DNA of 64,000 nucleotides from an uncultured Acidobacteriota bacterium (GTDB lineage Bacteria; Acidobacteriota; UBA6911), in the NCBI GenBank assembly GCA_963843575.1, contig CAWJKZ010000012.1, forward strand, positions 1 to 64,000, given 5' to 3'. The notes beneath the pieces were generated by a model, which worked only from the letters and a program-made list of their open reading frames with translations, was not told the origin of the DNA and ran no database searches. Shown piece by piece: positions 12,011 through 22,175 of this stretch (the first letter of the stretch is position 1; the number at the start of each line of letters is the position of its first letter). The position numbers were made by a program, and so were the translations under genes.

Positions 12011-15000
12011 ATGAGACGCGCACTAGCCTTTATTGGGCTCATCCTCACAGCCATCCTCTTCGTGGCACCGACCGCATCCGCGCAATCCACCGCGACCCTG
12101 TCGGGCATCGTACGAGACGCCAGCGGCGCCGTGATCGCAGGCGCGGACATCACAATAACCAACCAGAGTTCGGGTGACCTGCGCAAGACGGTCACCACCA
12201 ATGAAGGATACTTCAGCCTTTCTTTGCTGCCCGTCGGCATCTACAAGTTGACGGTCACAGCCACGGGTTTCTCCACATATCAGGCAACCGACATCGAGCT
12301 GAACACCCGGGACAGCAAGTCTGTCAACGTCACCATGAAGATGGGCGCTCTCTCGGAGACGATCGAAGTTTCGGCAACGGTCAATGAAGTTGCCGTGGTC
12401 GACTCGGGCGAGAAATCCACACTCATCACGGCGAAAGACCTGCAGGATCTTACGCTGCTCAGCCGCAACGCGGCCGAGGTCGTCAAGCTCATTCCCGGCG
12501 CCCAGATGACGGCCAACCTCGGCAAGAATCAGCCGGGCGTCACGGGCACGATCGGCATTAACGGCTACACGGTCGGCGGCAACGCCGCAGGCTTGGGCGG
12601 AACTGCAGTCAACGGCCAGTCGCTCGACATTACGATGGACGGCGGCCACATCTTCGATCCCGGCGCGTCGGGGACTGCCACCCCCGTCAATCCGAACACC
12701 TCCATGATCTCCGAGGTCAAGATCTTAACCTCAAACTTCTCGGCCGAAGCCGAGCGGGGCCCGGTAGTCGTGAATGTGGTTACAAAATCTGGCGGCAAGG
12801 ATTTTCACGGCGAGGGCTACCTGTATGCCCGTCACTACTCGATGAACGCCAACGACGCCTTCGTAAAGTCGAATGGGCAGCCCCGCCAGGAGGACAAGTA
12901 CTTCTATCCCGGTTTTCAGATTGGAGGGCCGCTGGTCATTCCGGGAACGGGCTTGAACAAGAACCGCGACAAGCTATTCTTCTTTAACGGTTTCGAATAC
13001 TACAAGCAGACCGTGGCCGGCGGCCTGGCGCGCGCGGTCGTGCCGGTGGCCGCAAACTACAACGGCGACTTCTCGCCCGCGGTGATGGCCGGCCTGGGAT
13101 CGGTAGGCAACCTCAACCAGGTTCCCACCTATACCCCGGGCAGCCAGCCCTGGTCAGGCAGCCGCCCCGATTGCACCATCACCAATGGCGTGTTGTCCCC
13201 GGGATGTATCGATCCCAACGGGCTGAAAATCCTGAGGGCCTATCTGCCCGCCCCGAACGCGGACCCGCTGGCCCACAACGGCTACAACTTCGTCTGGGGA
13301 GTCCTGTCGCCGCAGAACAACTGGCAGAACCTGACCCGAGTAGACTGGAACCTCAGCAACAACACCAAAGTCTTCGCCCGCTACAGCGTGCAGCGTGAAA
13401 CGGCGAACCAGCCGCTCGGGCTCTGGGGCGGCACAGGTGGCAGACAGCGTGGTGCCCAGCCCCACCAATATCATCGGCGAATACAGGTCGGATTCGCTTT
13501 CCACCAGTCTGACCCAGGTGTTCTCGCCGACGATGACGAATGAGGCCACCTTCGCCTACACCTTCGAGGGCATGCCAAACCGGCCGGAAGACCTGTCAAA
13601 GCTCATGCGCAAGGAGATGGGGCTCACCCTCACGGGTGTATACGGCAATCCTCAGGCACCTGGCTTCACGGCATGGGGTACCGCATTTCCAAACATCGGG
13701 CCGGGCAATAACCTTGGCGCCGACTTCCACCCCGGCATGATTGCCGACAAGGCAATGCCGAGCGTCTCCGACAACTTCTCGAAAGTCATCGGAACCCACA
13801 GCCTCAAGTTCGGCGCTTTCTACGAGCACATCTACAACAAGCAGGATAACTGGGGGCAGTATCCGGGAATCTTCCAGATGCCGCAGGGATGGGGCACAGG
13901 AGTCAACAACAACTACGCCGACATCCTGATGGGCATCACCAGCGGCCAGATGACCGAGCAGCAGCTCCCGCCCGCCACCCAGATCTCGCAGAACATCATC
14001 TCGGTCTATGCGCAGGACCGCTGGAAGGTTGCCGACCGCGTGACCCTGGAATACGGCTTGCGGTTCGAGCACTACGCGAAACCCTATGCCGCCAGTGACC
14101 TGGGACTGGCCACCTTCTTCCCGGACAAATACAGCAATGACCCGGCGAAGTTGAACGACCACCCTGGAGTCCTGTGGCATGGGATCGACAGCAGTATTAC
14201 GCGTTCCGGAACCGAGAGCCGATTTTTGTACTTCTCTCCCCGATTCGGCGCAGCGTGGGACCTCTTCGGCAATGCCAGGACAGTCCTGCGTGGCGGCTGG
14301 GGCAAGTACCGCACCTATGACTCGTTGCAGAGCAACAGCTACACGGGCCCCGTCCAGACAGCCATGGGCGCCACGAGCTATTACTGCAATGCCTGGTCCT
14401 GTCCGACCTTTGAGGACATAGACAAGGCAGCAACGAATCACCCATTGCCTGCAGGTTTACCGGCGGGATTGGTCCCGATCACCGTCATGGATCCGAGCAA
14501 CGACGAGCAACCCCTGGTGACGACCTATAGCTTCTCCATAGACCAGAAGTTGCCCGGCGATTTCTACCTTGAAGCGTCGTATGTCGGCAACCGGACCCGC
14601 TACCTCCAGGCTCAGATCGATGTAAACGCGATCCCGTCGGGGAAAATCTCCGAGGCAACTTACCTCGCAAAACTCAACAGCGGGGGATGGCAGACCGCGG
14701 ACACGGATGCCGCTCGCCCGCGCACCAATTATCAGGGCATCACCCAGAGCGTAACGGCCGGCAAGGCGCAGTACGATTCGCTCCAGCTCAGTCTCAAACG
14801 CTCCGTGGGCTGGCTGAACCTGATGGCCAACTACACCTGGGGCAAGACTTTCCAGCAACGTGTACCTCAATAACAACGGTGCGCTGCCCGACTATGGGGA
14901 GGATCAGTACTACGGCATCTCTCCCTATGAACCGTGCGCACGTGTTCAGCATGTCCTATGTCCTCAACATGCCGAAAGTCACGAGCGGCAACTCGTTCGT

Positions 15001-15608
15001 CCGCGGCCTCGGTAGCGACTGGCAGGTTTCGGGCATCGTACAGGTTCAGAGCGGGGTCAACCTGATCGCCAATAACGGCAACTACGACCTCCAGTATGGT
15101 CAGGATAACCTGGTCGACAGCAACAACGTAACGCTCAAAGCCAACGACAACTTCGGCAAATTGGGCACCAACGGCCCCACAATTAATGCCGAGGATTACC
15201 TGCAACCCGGTCGTGAATGAAAAGGTAACCTACACGCTCAACGGCAAAACGTTCGAGGGTGTCCGGTACCTGAATCCTTCCTGTTTCGCCCCGGTGGAGG
15301 ATGGCACCGCGGGCACAACCAATATGCCGTATCTCGAGGGGCCGAAGTTCTGGAACGCGGACATATCGCTGGCCAAGACCTTCAACCTGACGGAGCGGCA
15401 GCGTCTGCAATTCAAGTTGCAGATGTTCAACTTCCTCAACCATGCGCTGCGATCGTTCCAAGTGGGCGACAACAACCTGGCTCTCAAATTCAACGCCGAC
15501 GGGACGATGAAAAACCCGAGCAGCGGCGCCTCCATCAACACGTTCGGGGTGGCGAACTACCTGTTCGGACACCGTACGGTCGAGTTGATGGTGAAGTATT
15601 CATTCTAG
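12011..15608 (+). CDS. Oar-like TonB-dependent receptor with N-terminal carboxypeptidase-regulatory-like domain; frameshifts near 13435, 14860 and 15185
   Basis: Signal peptide; LSGIVRDASGAVIAGA; EVKILTSNFSAE; VTKSGGKDFHG; YAQDRWK...GLRFE; SPRFGAAWDLFG; C-terminal VKYSF (terminal Phe). Confidence 0.9.
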
Positions 15609-15644
15609 CCCACAGCGACGGAGGCCTGACCCGGAACCTCCGCA

Positions 15645-15672
15645 ACGGGGTGGCCCGCAAGGGCCACCCCGT
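15645..15672 (+). terminator. GC-rich hairpin with GCAA tetraloop after the TonB receptor
   Basis: ACGGGGTGGCCC-GCAA-GGGCCACCCCGT, perfect 12-bp stem; no clear U-tract, so it may be an mRNA stabiliser instead. Confidence 0.55.
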
Positions 15673-15717
15673 CTATAATGTGGCCCTCTATGATCTGGGT
15701 GCTTTCCTCACTGTTGC

Positions 15718-16851
15718 GTGTTCTCCCAGGCGGGAATCCCTCAAGGCCCAGCCGCGAAGACCAGTTTTGAGCAGATTGCCCGCCGTGCCGACGAGGCCCG
15801 CACGGCCGGCCGCCTCGGCCAGGCGATCGAGCTCTATCGCGAGGGCGTAAAGCTGCGGCCGGAGTGGAGCGAAGGCTGGTGGGGGCTGGGGAGCATCTAC
15901 TACGACCAGGACCGTTTCCCCGATGCCGCCGAGGCGTTCAGGAGCTTCATCGCGACCTCGAAAAAGGATCCGGCGCCCGCATACGCGTTCCTGGGACTCT
16001 GCGAATACGAAATCCGCGACTACCGCCAGGCAGCCGAGCACTTCGGCCTGTGGGTACGGAAGGGTCTCCCCGGAAACGCCCAACTCATCGAGGTGGCGAG
16101 CTTCCACTGGACCCTCGTGCTGACGCTGGAGGGACATTTTGTCCAGGCGCTCTATCTCCTGGAGGAAAAAGCAAAGCGGTACGGCGTATCGCCGGCGCTC
16201 GTCGAGGCCATGGGGCTGGCATCCTTGCGGATGAGGAGCGTCCCCGTCGACTATCCGCCGGAACGGCGTGAGATAGTGTGGCTGGCGGGGGAGGCGGCGG
16301 CGTATGGCTCGCTGCACGACTTTGACCGCGCCCACGAGTACGGGGGCAGGCTGGCGGCGCACTACGGCAATGAACGGAATGTCCATCACCTGCTCGGCAC
16401 AATATACAGTTTCGAGCAGAGAATCGCGGAAGCCGCGGAGGAATTCAGGCGGGAGCTCGAGATCTCCCCCGATCACGCCCCCGCCTTGATCCAGCTCGCC
16501 CTTATAGGCCTGCTGGAATCCAGGTTGGATGAAGCCGAGGCGATGGCCAGAAAGGCGGCCGCCCTGGAGCCGAAAGACCCGCTGGCACACTACGCGCTGG
16601 GACGCATCCTGCTGGCCACGGAAAACTTCCAGGAGAGCGCGCGCGAGCTCGAGACCGCCAAGGAACTGGCGCCGACCAGCGCCAAGGTGCGTTACCAGCT
16701 GGCGAATGCCTACAGGAGGCTCCGGCGCACCGCGGATGCCGAGCGCGAAAATGCGGCATTCGAGGCCATGAAGGACAAAAACGAAGTTCTGGCGGCGATC
16801 CCGGAGGAAATACCCAGACAGGCTCCGAAAGGAAAGGCGCGCCCAAAATGA
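15718..16851 (+). CDS. Exported tetratricopeptide repeat protein (true start possibly ATG 15690 with a frameshift)
   Basis: Repeated TPR motifs (GWWGLGSIYY, AHYALGRIL, VRYQLANAY); paralogous to the next gene. Confidence 0.85.
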   Translation: MFSQAGIPQGPAAKTSFEQIARRADEARTAGRLGQAIELYREGVKLRPEWSEGWWGLGSIYYDQDRFPDAAEAFRSFIATSKKDPAPAYAFLGLCEYEIRDYRQAAEHFGLWVRKGLPGNAQLIEVASFHWTLVLTLEGHFVQALYLLEEKAKRYGVSPALVEAMGLASLRMRSVPVDYPPERREIVWLAGEAAAYGSLHDFDRAHEYGGRLAAHYGNERNVHHLLGTIYSFEQRIAEAAEEFRRELEISPDHAPALIQLALIGLLESRLDEAEAMARKAAALEPKDPLAHYALGRILLATENFQESARELETAKELAPTSAKVRYQLANAYRRLRRTADAERENAAFEAMKDKNEVLAAIPEEIPRQAPKGKARPK

Positions 16852-17951
16852 TCGGAGCCGCCGCAGCAGTTCTGCTCGCACTTCACGTCGCGGCCCAGTC
16901 GCTTGCGGGCCAGGCCCCGTCCGAGTCGTTTGAGCAGGTGTCGCGCGCAGCGGAACAGGCGCGCGATGCCAACCGGGACGAGGATGCCATCCGGCTCTTC
17001 CGGCAGGGGCTGAAGCTGAAGCCGGAATGGAAGGAGGGGTTGTGGTACCTCGGCACGCTGCTCTACGAGAAAGAGTCTTTCGGAGAAGCACGCGACCTGT
17101 TTCGGCAGTTCGTCGCGCAAAGCCCCGAGTTCGGTCCCGGGTGGGCGCTGCTCGGCCTGAGCGAATACCAGGCCCGGGAGTACGCGCGCGCGTTGGCGCA
17201 CCTGAGACGCAGCATGTCACTCGGGTTAGGCGACCGCAAGCATCTCGCCGATTCCGTCTTCTACCACGTGGCGGTGCTGCTGACGCGGTTCGAGCAGTTC
17301 CACGACAGCCTGCAATTGCTGTGGCAGATGCGCGGCGCCGGCCAGGCGGAGAATCTGCTCGAGGAACCTGCCGGGCTGGCGGCCCTCGGCTATCCCCTGC
17401 TGCCCGGCGAGATTCCTTCACAACGGCGGGAATTGGCCCGTCTGGCCGGGGCAGGCACTTTCGCGCTTTTCGACCAGCGGCGGGCGGACGCAGCGAAGCT
17501 TTTCGACAAAATGGCGGCGCAGTATCCGCAGGAACCCGGAGTCCACTACCAGTACGGGGCGCTGTTGATCAACGACAAGCCCGAGGCTGGGATTCAGGAA
17601 TTGCAGAAGGAACTCCAGGTCGCACCTTCTCACGTCCCGGCCCGGCTGCGGCTCGCCGAATATTACCTGGCGCAATCCCAGCCGGAAACAGCTCGGCCCT
17701 TCATTGAAGATGTCCTCAGGCTGGAACCGGGCAACGCCTCGGGCCACATGCTGATGGGAGAGATGCTGGCCGCGCAGGGAGACGGCCCGGGTGCGATCCG
17801 CGAGTTGGAGCTGGCAAGGAGCCAGGAGCCGCAGAGGGTCCGGATCCGGTGGGATCTGCTGCGCGCCTACACGGCGGCGGGCCGGCGGGACGACGCCAGA
17901 CGTGAAAGAGCGGAAATCGAGAAGCTCAGCCGGGAGCAGACCCAAAAGTGA
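16848..17951 (+). CDS. Exported tetratricopeptide repeat protein
   Basis: Signal peptide; TPR motifs; shares SFEQ..R.A..AR and LGL.EY..R.Y..A..H with the upstream gene; ATGA overlap. Confidence 0.87.
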   Translation: MIGAAAAVLLALHVAAQSLAGQAPSESFEQVSRAAEQARDANRDEDAIRLFRQGLKLKPEWKEGLWYLGTLLYEKESFGEARDLFRQFVAQSPEFGPGWALLGLSEYQAREYARALAHLRRSMSLGLGDRKHLADSVFYHVAVLLTRFEQFHDSLQLLWQMRGAGQAENLLEEPAGLAALGYPLLPGEIPSQRRELARLAGAGTFALFDQRRADAAKLFDKMAAQYPQEPGVHYQYGALLINDKPEAGIQELQKELQVAPSHVPARLRLAEYYLAQSQPETARPFIEDVLRLEPGNASGHMLMGEMLAAQGDGPGAIRELELARSQEPQRVRIRWDLLRAYTAAGRRDDARRERAEIEKLSREQTQK

Positions 17952-17964
17952 TGAAGGGTGCGGA

Positions 17965-19623
17965 ATGAGGAATCACCTCGGGTACCTCAGGGCTTGTGCC
18001 TTCGCGCTGCTTTGCGTCTGCGAGATGACATGGCCCGGCCAGGCTCCCATCCACTTTGTCCCACGGCCGATCCCGTTTGCCCTCGACAGCTGTGAAACCC
18101 CGGAGCGGCGCGCACCGGAAACCATGGCGGGCGGCGTGGGCGTTTTTGACTTCGACAGGGACGGCCACCCGGACATCTTCTTCGCGAATGGTGCCGATAT
18201 CACCAGCCTGAAGAAGACCGCGCCGCAATATGCCAACCGTCTCTTTCACAACAACGGCGACGGCACCTTTGCGGATGTGACCGAAAAGGCAGGACTGGCC
18301 GGAACCGGCTACGACACCGGCGTAGCGATCGGAGATTACGACAACGACGGCTGCGAGGACATCTTCCTCGGGGGAGTGCACCGCAACAGCCTGTACCGGA
18401 ACAACTGCGACGGGACCTTCGCCGACGTGACCGAGAAGGCCGGTCTCGCCGGCGTGGACAAGGAGTTTGGCCCGCTCTGGTCGGTGGGGGCGGCGTGGTC
18501 GGATATCAACAACGACGGCAGGCTCGACCTTTTCGTCGTCAACTACCTGAGCTGGGACGAGAAGAAAGAGCCTCCGTGCAGCTTCCAGGGCAAACCGGAG
18601 TACTGCCACCCGAAGTTCTACAAGGAGACCCCGAACCAGCTGTTCCTTAACAACGGCAACGGCACTTTCACGGACATTTCGGCACCGTCGGGAATCCGCG
18701 CGCACCCCGGCAAGGGCATGGGCGTGGGGGTCGCCGACTATGACGGGGACGGTCTGCCGGACATCTTCGTCGCAAACGATAAGCTGTTCAACTTCCTCTT
18801 TCATAACAAGGGCGGCAACCAGTTCGATGAAGTCGCATTCGAGTCCGGGGTTGCCCTCGCGGAGCACGGGAATCTCATTTCCGGCATGGGGGTCGACTTC
18901 AGGGATGTGAACAACGACGGGCTCCCCGACATTGCCGTGGTCGCGCTGGAGAACGAAACGTTCCCGATTTACGAGAATGAAGGCAAGGGCGTGTTCGCGG
19001 AGGTCACCTCCCGAAACGGCATGGTCGCACTGAGCGATCCCATGGCGGGATACAGTCCCAATATCGGCGACTTCGACAACGACGGGTGGAAGGACCTGTT
19101 CGTGTCGAGAGGGCACGTGCAGTCCCCCAACATGGCGGTTCGGACGGCAATTGACCAGCCGAATACGGTCTTCCGCAATCTGGGCAAGGCGAAGTGGGCT
19201 GCCCTGACCGCGGAGGCTGGCTTCACGGCGCTGAAGCCCCGCCGGCATCGGGGAGCCGCTATCGCGGATCTGAACCACGACGGCAAACTCGACGTGGTCG
19301 TGACGGCACTCAGCGCTCCCGCCGAGATCTGGATCAACGACAGCCCCGGCGTGAACCATTGGATCGAACTGGCCCTGGAAGGGACGAGGAGCAACCGCGA
19401 CGGCATCGGCGCGAAGATCCGCGTGTCGGCCGGAGGAGAAACGCAGTACGACCAACTCAGTCACGCGGCGGGATATGCCTCGTCCAGCGCCGGGCCGGCG
19501 CATTTCGGGCTGGGGGCCGCCGCAACCGTGAGCGAGATCGAGATCCGCTGGCCCTCGGGCGTCCGGCAGATGCTTGCGAATGTTCCCGCGGACCAAGTCG
19601 TCCGGGTCAAAGAGGTTCAGTAG
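17965..19623 (+). CDS. CRTAC1 family protein (FG-GAP repeats + ASPIC/UnbV)
   Basis: Many DxDxDG motifs, NRLFHNNGDGTFADVT, GKGMGV; C-terminal SNRDGIGAKI...HFGLG...EIRWPSG. Confidence 0.92.
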   Translation: MRNHLGYLRACAFALLCVCEMTWPGQAPIHFVPRPIPFALDSCETPERRAPETMAGGVGVFDFDRDGHPDIFFANGADITSLKKTAPQYANRLFHNNGDGTFADVTEKAGLAGTGYDTGVAIGDYDNDGCEDIFLGGVHRNSLYRNNCDGTFADVTEKAGLAGVDKEFGPLWSVGAAWSDINNDGRLDLFVVNYLSWDEKKEPPCSFQGKPEYCHPKFYKETPNQLFLNNGNGTFTDISAPSGIRAHPGKGMGVGVADYDGDGLPDIFVANDKLFNFLFHNKGGNQFDEVAFESGVALAEHGNLISGMGVDFRDVNNDGLPDIAVVALENETFPIYENEGKGVFAEVTSRNGMVALSDPMAGYSPNIGDFDNDGWKDLFVSRGHVQSPNMAVRTAIDQPNTVFRNLGKAKWAALTAEAGFTALKPRRHRGAAIADLNHDGKLDVVVTALSAPAEIWINDSPGVNHWIELALEGTRSNRDGIGAKIRVSAGGETQYDQLSHAAGYASSSAGPAHFGLGAAATVSEIEIRWPSGVRQMLANVPADQVVRVKEVQ

Positions 19624-19720
19624 GGAGTCTTAACTCATTTCGGACGCGGATTGATGCGGACCCACGCTGACCAGGAACGAAGACATTGGCGGCGGAGGCT
19701 CGCGTAATCCAGGTCCTGAT
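19621..19720 (+). repeat. Dispersed GCGGAT-periodic repeat, degenerate copy 2
   Basis: TAG...TTTCGGACGCGGATTGATGCGGACCCACGCTGA directly after the CRTAC1 stop. Confidence 0.5.
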
Positions 19721-19738
19721 TACACGTCAAGGGAAAAC

Positions 19739-21964
19739 ATGTCGCATGCCCATTTTTTTCGCAGGCTGCTTTTGCTCTCCTGCGTCGCGGCTCCGCTGGC
19801 GGGCGCGCAGATCAGGGTTCTGGACCAGGAGCACAAGAGCAATGTCTTCGGAGAGACGCGTCACTACCGCATCTTTCTGCCAGCCGATTACGACGCAAGC
19901 CCTGGCAAGCGATATCCCGTCATCTACTTCTTCCACGGCTGGAGCGAACGCTACAACGTGGGTACGCGGGAAGGAGCGGGTGCGTACGATCGCGGCGGCG
20001 ACTACAACGGCGACAACATATCCAATTTCGTCGAGAAGAACGGCGTCATCGTCGTGAAGTGGGATGGATACAATCCGCGCTCCCCGAACGAAGAATACCC
20101 CCGGCCTTATAACATCGGGCCTGTCGAGACCTATCGGCAATTCCCGCTCTACTTCCCCGAGCTTGTGGACTACATCGATGACCATTACCGCACGATTCCA
20201 GATCGCGATCATAGAGGTGTTTCCGGGCTTTCGATGGGTGGATTCATGGCGTTCTGGATCGGCGGGAAGTACCCCCACCTGGTTGGAAGCGTTTCCAACT
20301 TCATGGGATCTCCCGAGTTCATGGTCGGGCCGAAGGGATTCCCCTCCGAATATCTCCATACCGACATGTACCGCAACTACGAAGGAGTGCGCACACGTCT
20401 GGTTATGGGCACGAAGGACTTTATCCGCTGGTACCATGGCCGGATGAACCGGATCTGGGATTTCGCCCGACCCAACTACGAGCATGAAACCTTCGATTGG
20501 GATCACGGGACCCCGGGGATCGCGAAGCAAATGGGGTTTCACATGCGGGCCTTTGCCCAACCCCTGCCAAAGCCCGATTTATGGCACCACATTGACGTCT
20601 ACCCCTCCTTCGACGTATGGGGATATTCCGTCACCAGCGACCGTCATCGGTCCGGGTTCACAGCCCTCGAAAACGTCTCACGCTCGGGATTCCGCAGTTC
20701 CGTCCGTGAGTGGCTGTGGGACGGTCAGACCATGCCGTCCGTGAAAGTGGATGTCACGACGGACGCCAGCTTCAAGGCTGATGGGGAGTACCGCATTGTG
20801 GATGTGAATCCCAGGACACGAACGGTCCGGAACGAAAGGCAAAAAGCGGATGCCAGCGGCCGCCTCCATATCCAGCTCGACGGGGATCTCCACGAAGTCG
20901 GCATCATCGAATCCCCGGGCCCCGTCCTCACCCTGGCACGATTCCACGTCGATAACGGCCCCTGGGCGAAAGCAGGCAGACGCGTCGAGCTGCGCGTGCA
21001 GATTCTGAACAAGGGAATCGCGGCGGCGACTAATATCAGCGCGACCCTCAGCTCCCCCAATCCGGCGGTGGCAATCCCGGTTTCGCAGGGCAGGATAGTG
21101 CGCCTGGCCCCCGGTGAGATCCTGGCGGTCACGCCCGGTTTCACCTTCACCGTGGACGACCCCGATCGCGCAGTCGTCAGGTTTACGCTGCGGTTGAAGG
21201 AAGGAAGCGGGCGCACCTGGAATGTCGCGTTCGAAGTGGGGTTATTTCCCGATGCAGGAGAGCTCCAGAACGTGCAGATAGCCGACGGTCGCCGTGTCCG
21301 CGTCCAGGTGAAGGGGAATAAGGTTGAGGAGAGACTGCTTGGAATTGGTAACGGGGATGGCCAGGTCAATCCGGGAGAATCGGTGGTCGCGCTGGTGAAG
21401 GATCAGGGAGAGCTGCGCATGGCGTCCCTTTATAGCAGCGATGCCTGCGTGAATCCTTCGGGCTTGAATCTGCGTTTTTCCGATGACTGGGGGGAATACG
21501 ACCACGTCGGTGGATCGGCCAAATACTCCATGCCCACCATCGCCTCGCAATGTCCGGCTGACCACGAGCTGCTGTTTTTCGCGGAGTATCTGATACCGCA
21601 GGCCCCGGAGCACATCAGCAAGAGCGGACTGCTGCGGATCCGACTCGATGGGATCGATACAACCGCGCCGAAAGCCCGCGCTGCCGACCTGTTGCCTGGG
21701 AACATACTTGAGGTTCAGGTAGTGGAGGGCGGCGCCGTGAAGGCCGCAACCGCAACCATCGTCCAAACCCGCGATCCATCGTTTGAAGTTGCCGTCGAAC
21801 TGAATGACGAGGGGATCAACGGAGACAGAGTGGCTCGTGACGCCTGTTTCAGTGCCGTGGTGCCGGACCTTCCACCCGGAGACTACCGGGTGAATGTCTC
21901 GATGACCGATGCTGCGGGGAATGCCGGCTCTGACAGCCTCGACCTTGTCCGTGAGCATTGGTGA
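19739..21964 (+). CDS. Secreted alpha/beta-hydrolase esterase (CE1/Fes-like) with C-terminal Ig-like and Ca-binding domains
   Basis: Signal peptide; YRIFLPADY, RYPVIYFFHG, GLSMGG nucleophile elbow; C-terminal LNDEGINGDRVARD. Confidence 0.8.
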   Translation: MSHAHFFRRLLLLSCVAAPLAGAQIRVLDQEHKSNVFGETRHYRIFLPADYDASPGKRYPVIYFFHGWSERYNVGTREGAGAYDRGGDYNGDNISNFVEKNGVIVVKWDGYNPRSPNEEYPRPYNIGPVETYRQFPLYFPELVDYIDDHYRTIPDRDHRGVSGLSMGGFMAFWIGGKYPHLVGSVSNFMGSPEFMVGPKGFPSEYLHTDMYRNYEGVRTRLVMGTKDFIRWYHGRMNRIWDFARPNYEHETFDWDHGTPGIAKQMGFHMRAFAQPLPKPDLWHHIDVYPSFDVWGYSVTSDRHRSGFTALENVSRSGFRSSVREWLWDGQTMPSVKVDVTTDASFKADGEYRIVDVNPRTRTVRNERQKADASGRLHIQLDGDLHEVGIIESPGPVLTLARFHVDNGPWAKAGRRVELRVQILNKGIAAATNISATLSSPNPAVAIPVSQGRIVRLAPGEILAVTPGFTFTVDDPDRAVVRFTLRLKEGSGRTWNVAFEVGLFPDAGELQNVQIADGRRVRVQVKGNKVEERLLGIGNGDGQVNPGESVVALVKDQGELRMASLYSSDACVNPSGLNLRFSDDWGEYDHVGGSAKYSMPTIASQCPADHELLFFAEYLIPQAPEHISKSGLLRIRLDGIDTTAPKARAADLLPGNILEVQVVEGGAVKAATATIVQTRDPSFEVAVELNDEGINGDRVARDACFSAVVPDLPPGDYRVNVSMTDAAGNAGSDSLDLVREHW

Positions 21965-22175
21965 AGAAGTGAAATGACGCTGCCCGGCCTATGCCTGAAG
22001 GCACCGCCGCCGCCTGCCCGCGCCCGGCCGGAGTGTCATTCGAGGTGAAATTCCACGAGTGGAAATACGCGTCGGCTCCGATGGCATAGCCCGTGGCCCA
22101 TTTTCGGGTGCTGTGAGTCGCGCTGGGATTCGGCGTGAAGCCGCGGGAAGGCCTCGTTGAGCTGGAGGCGTGTCC

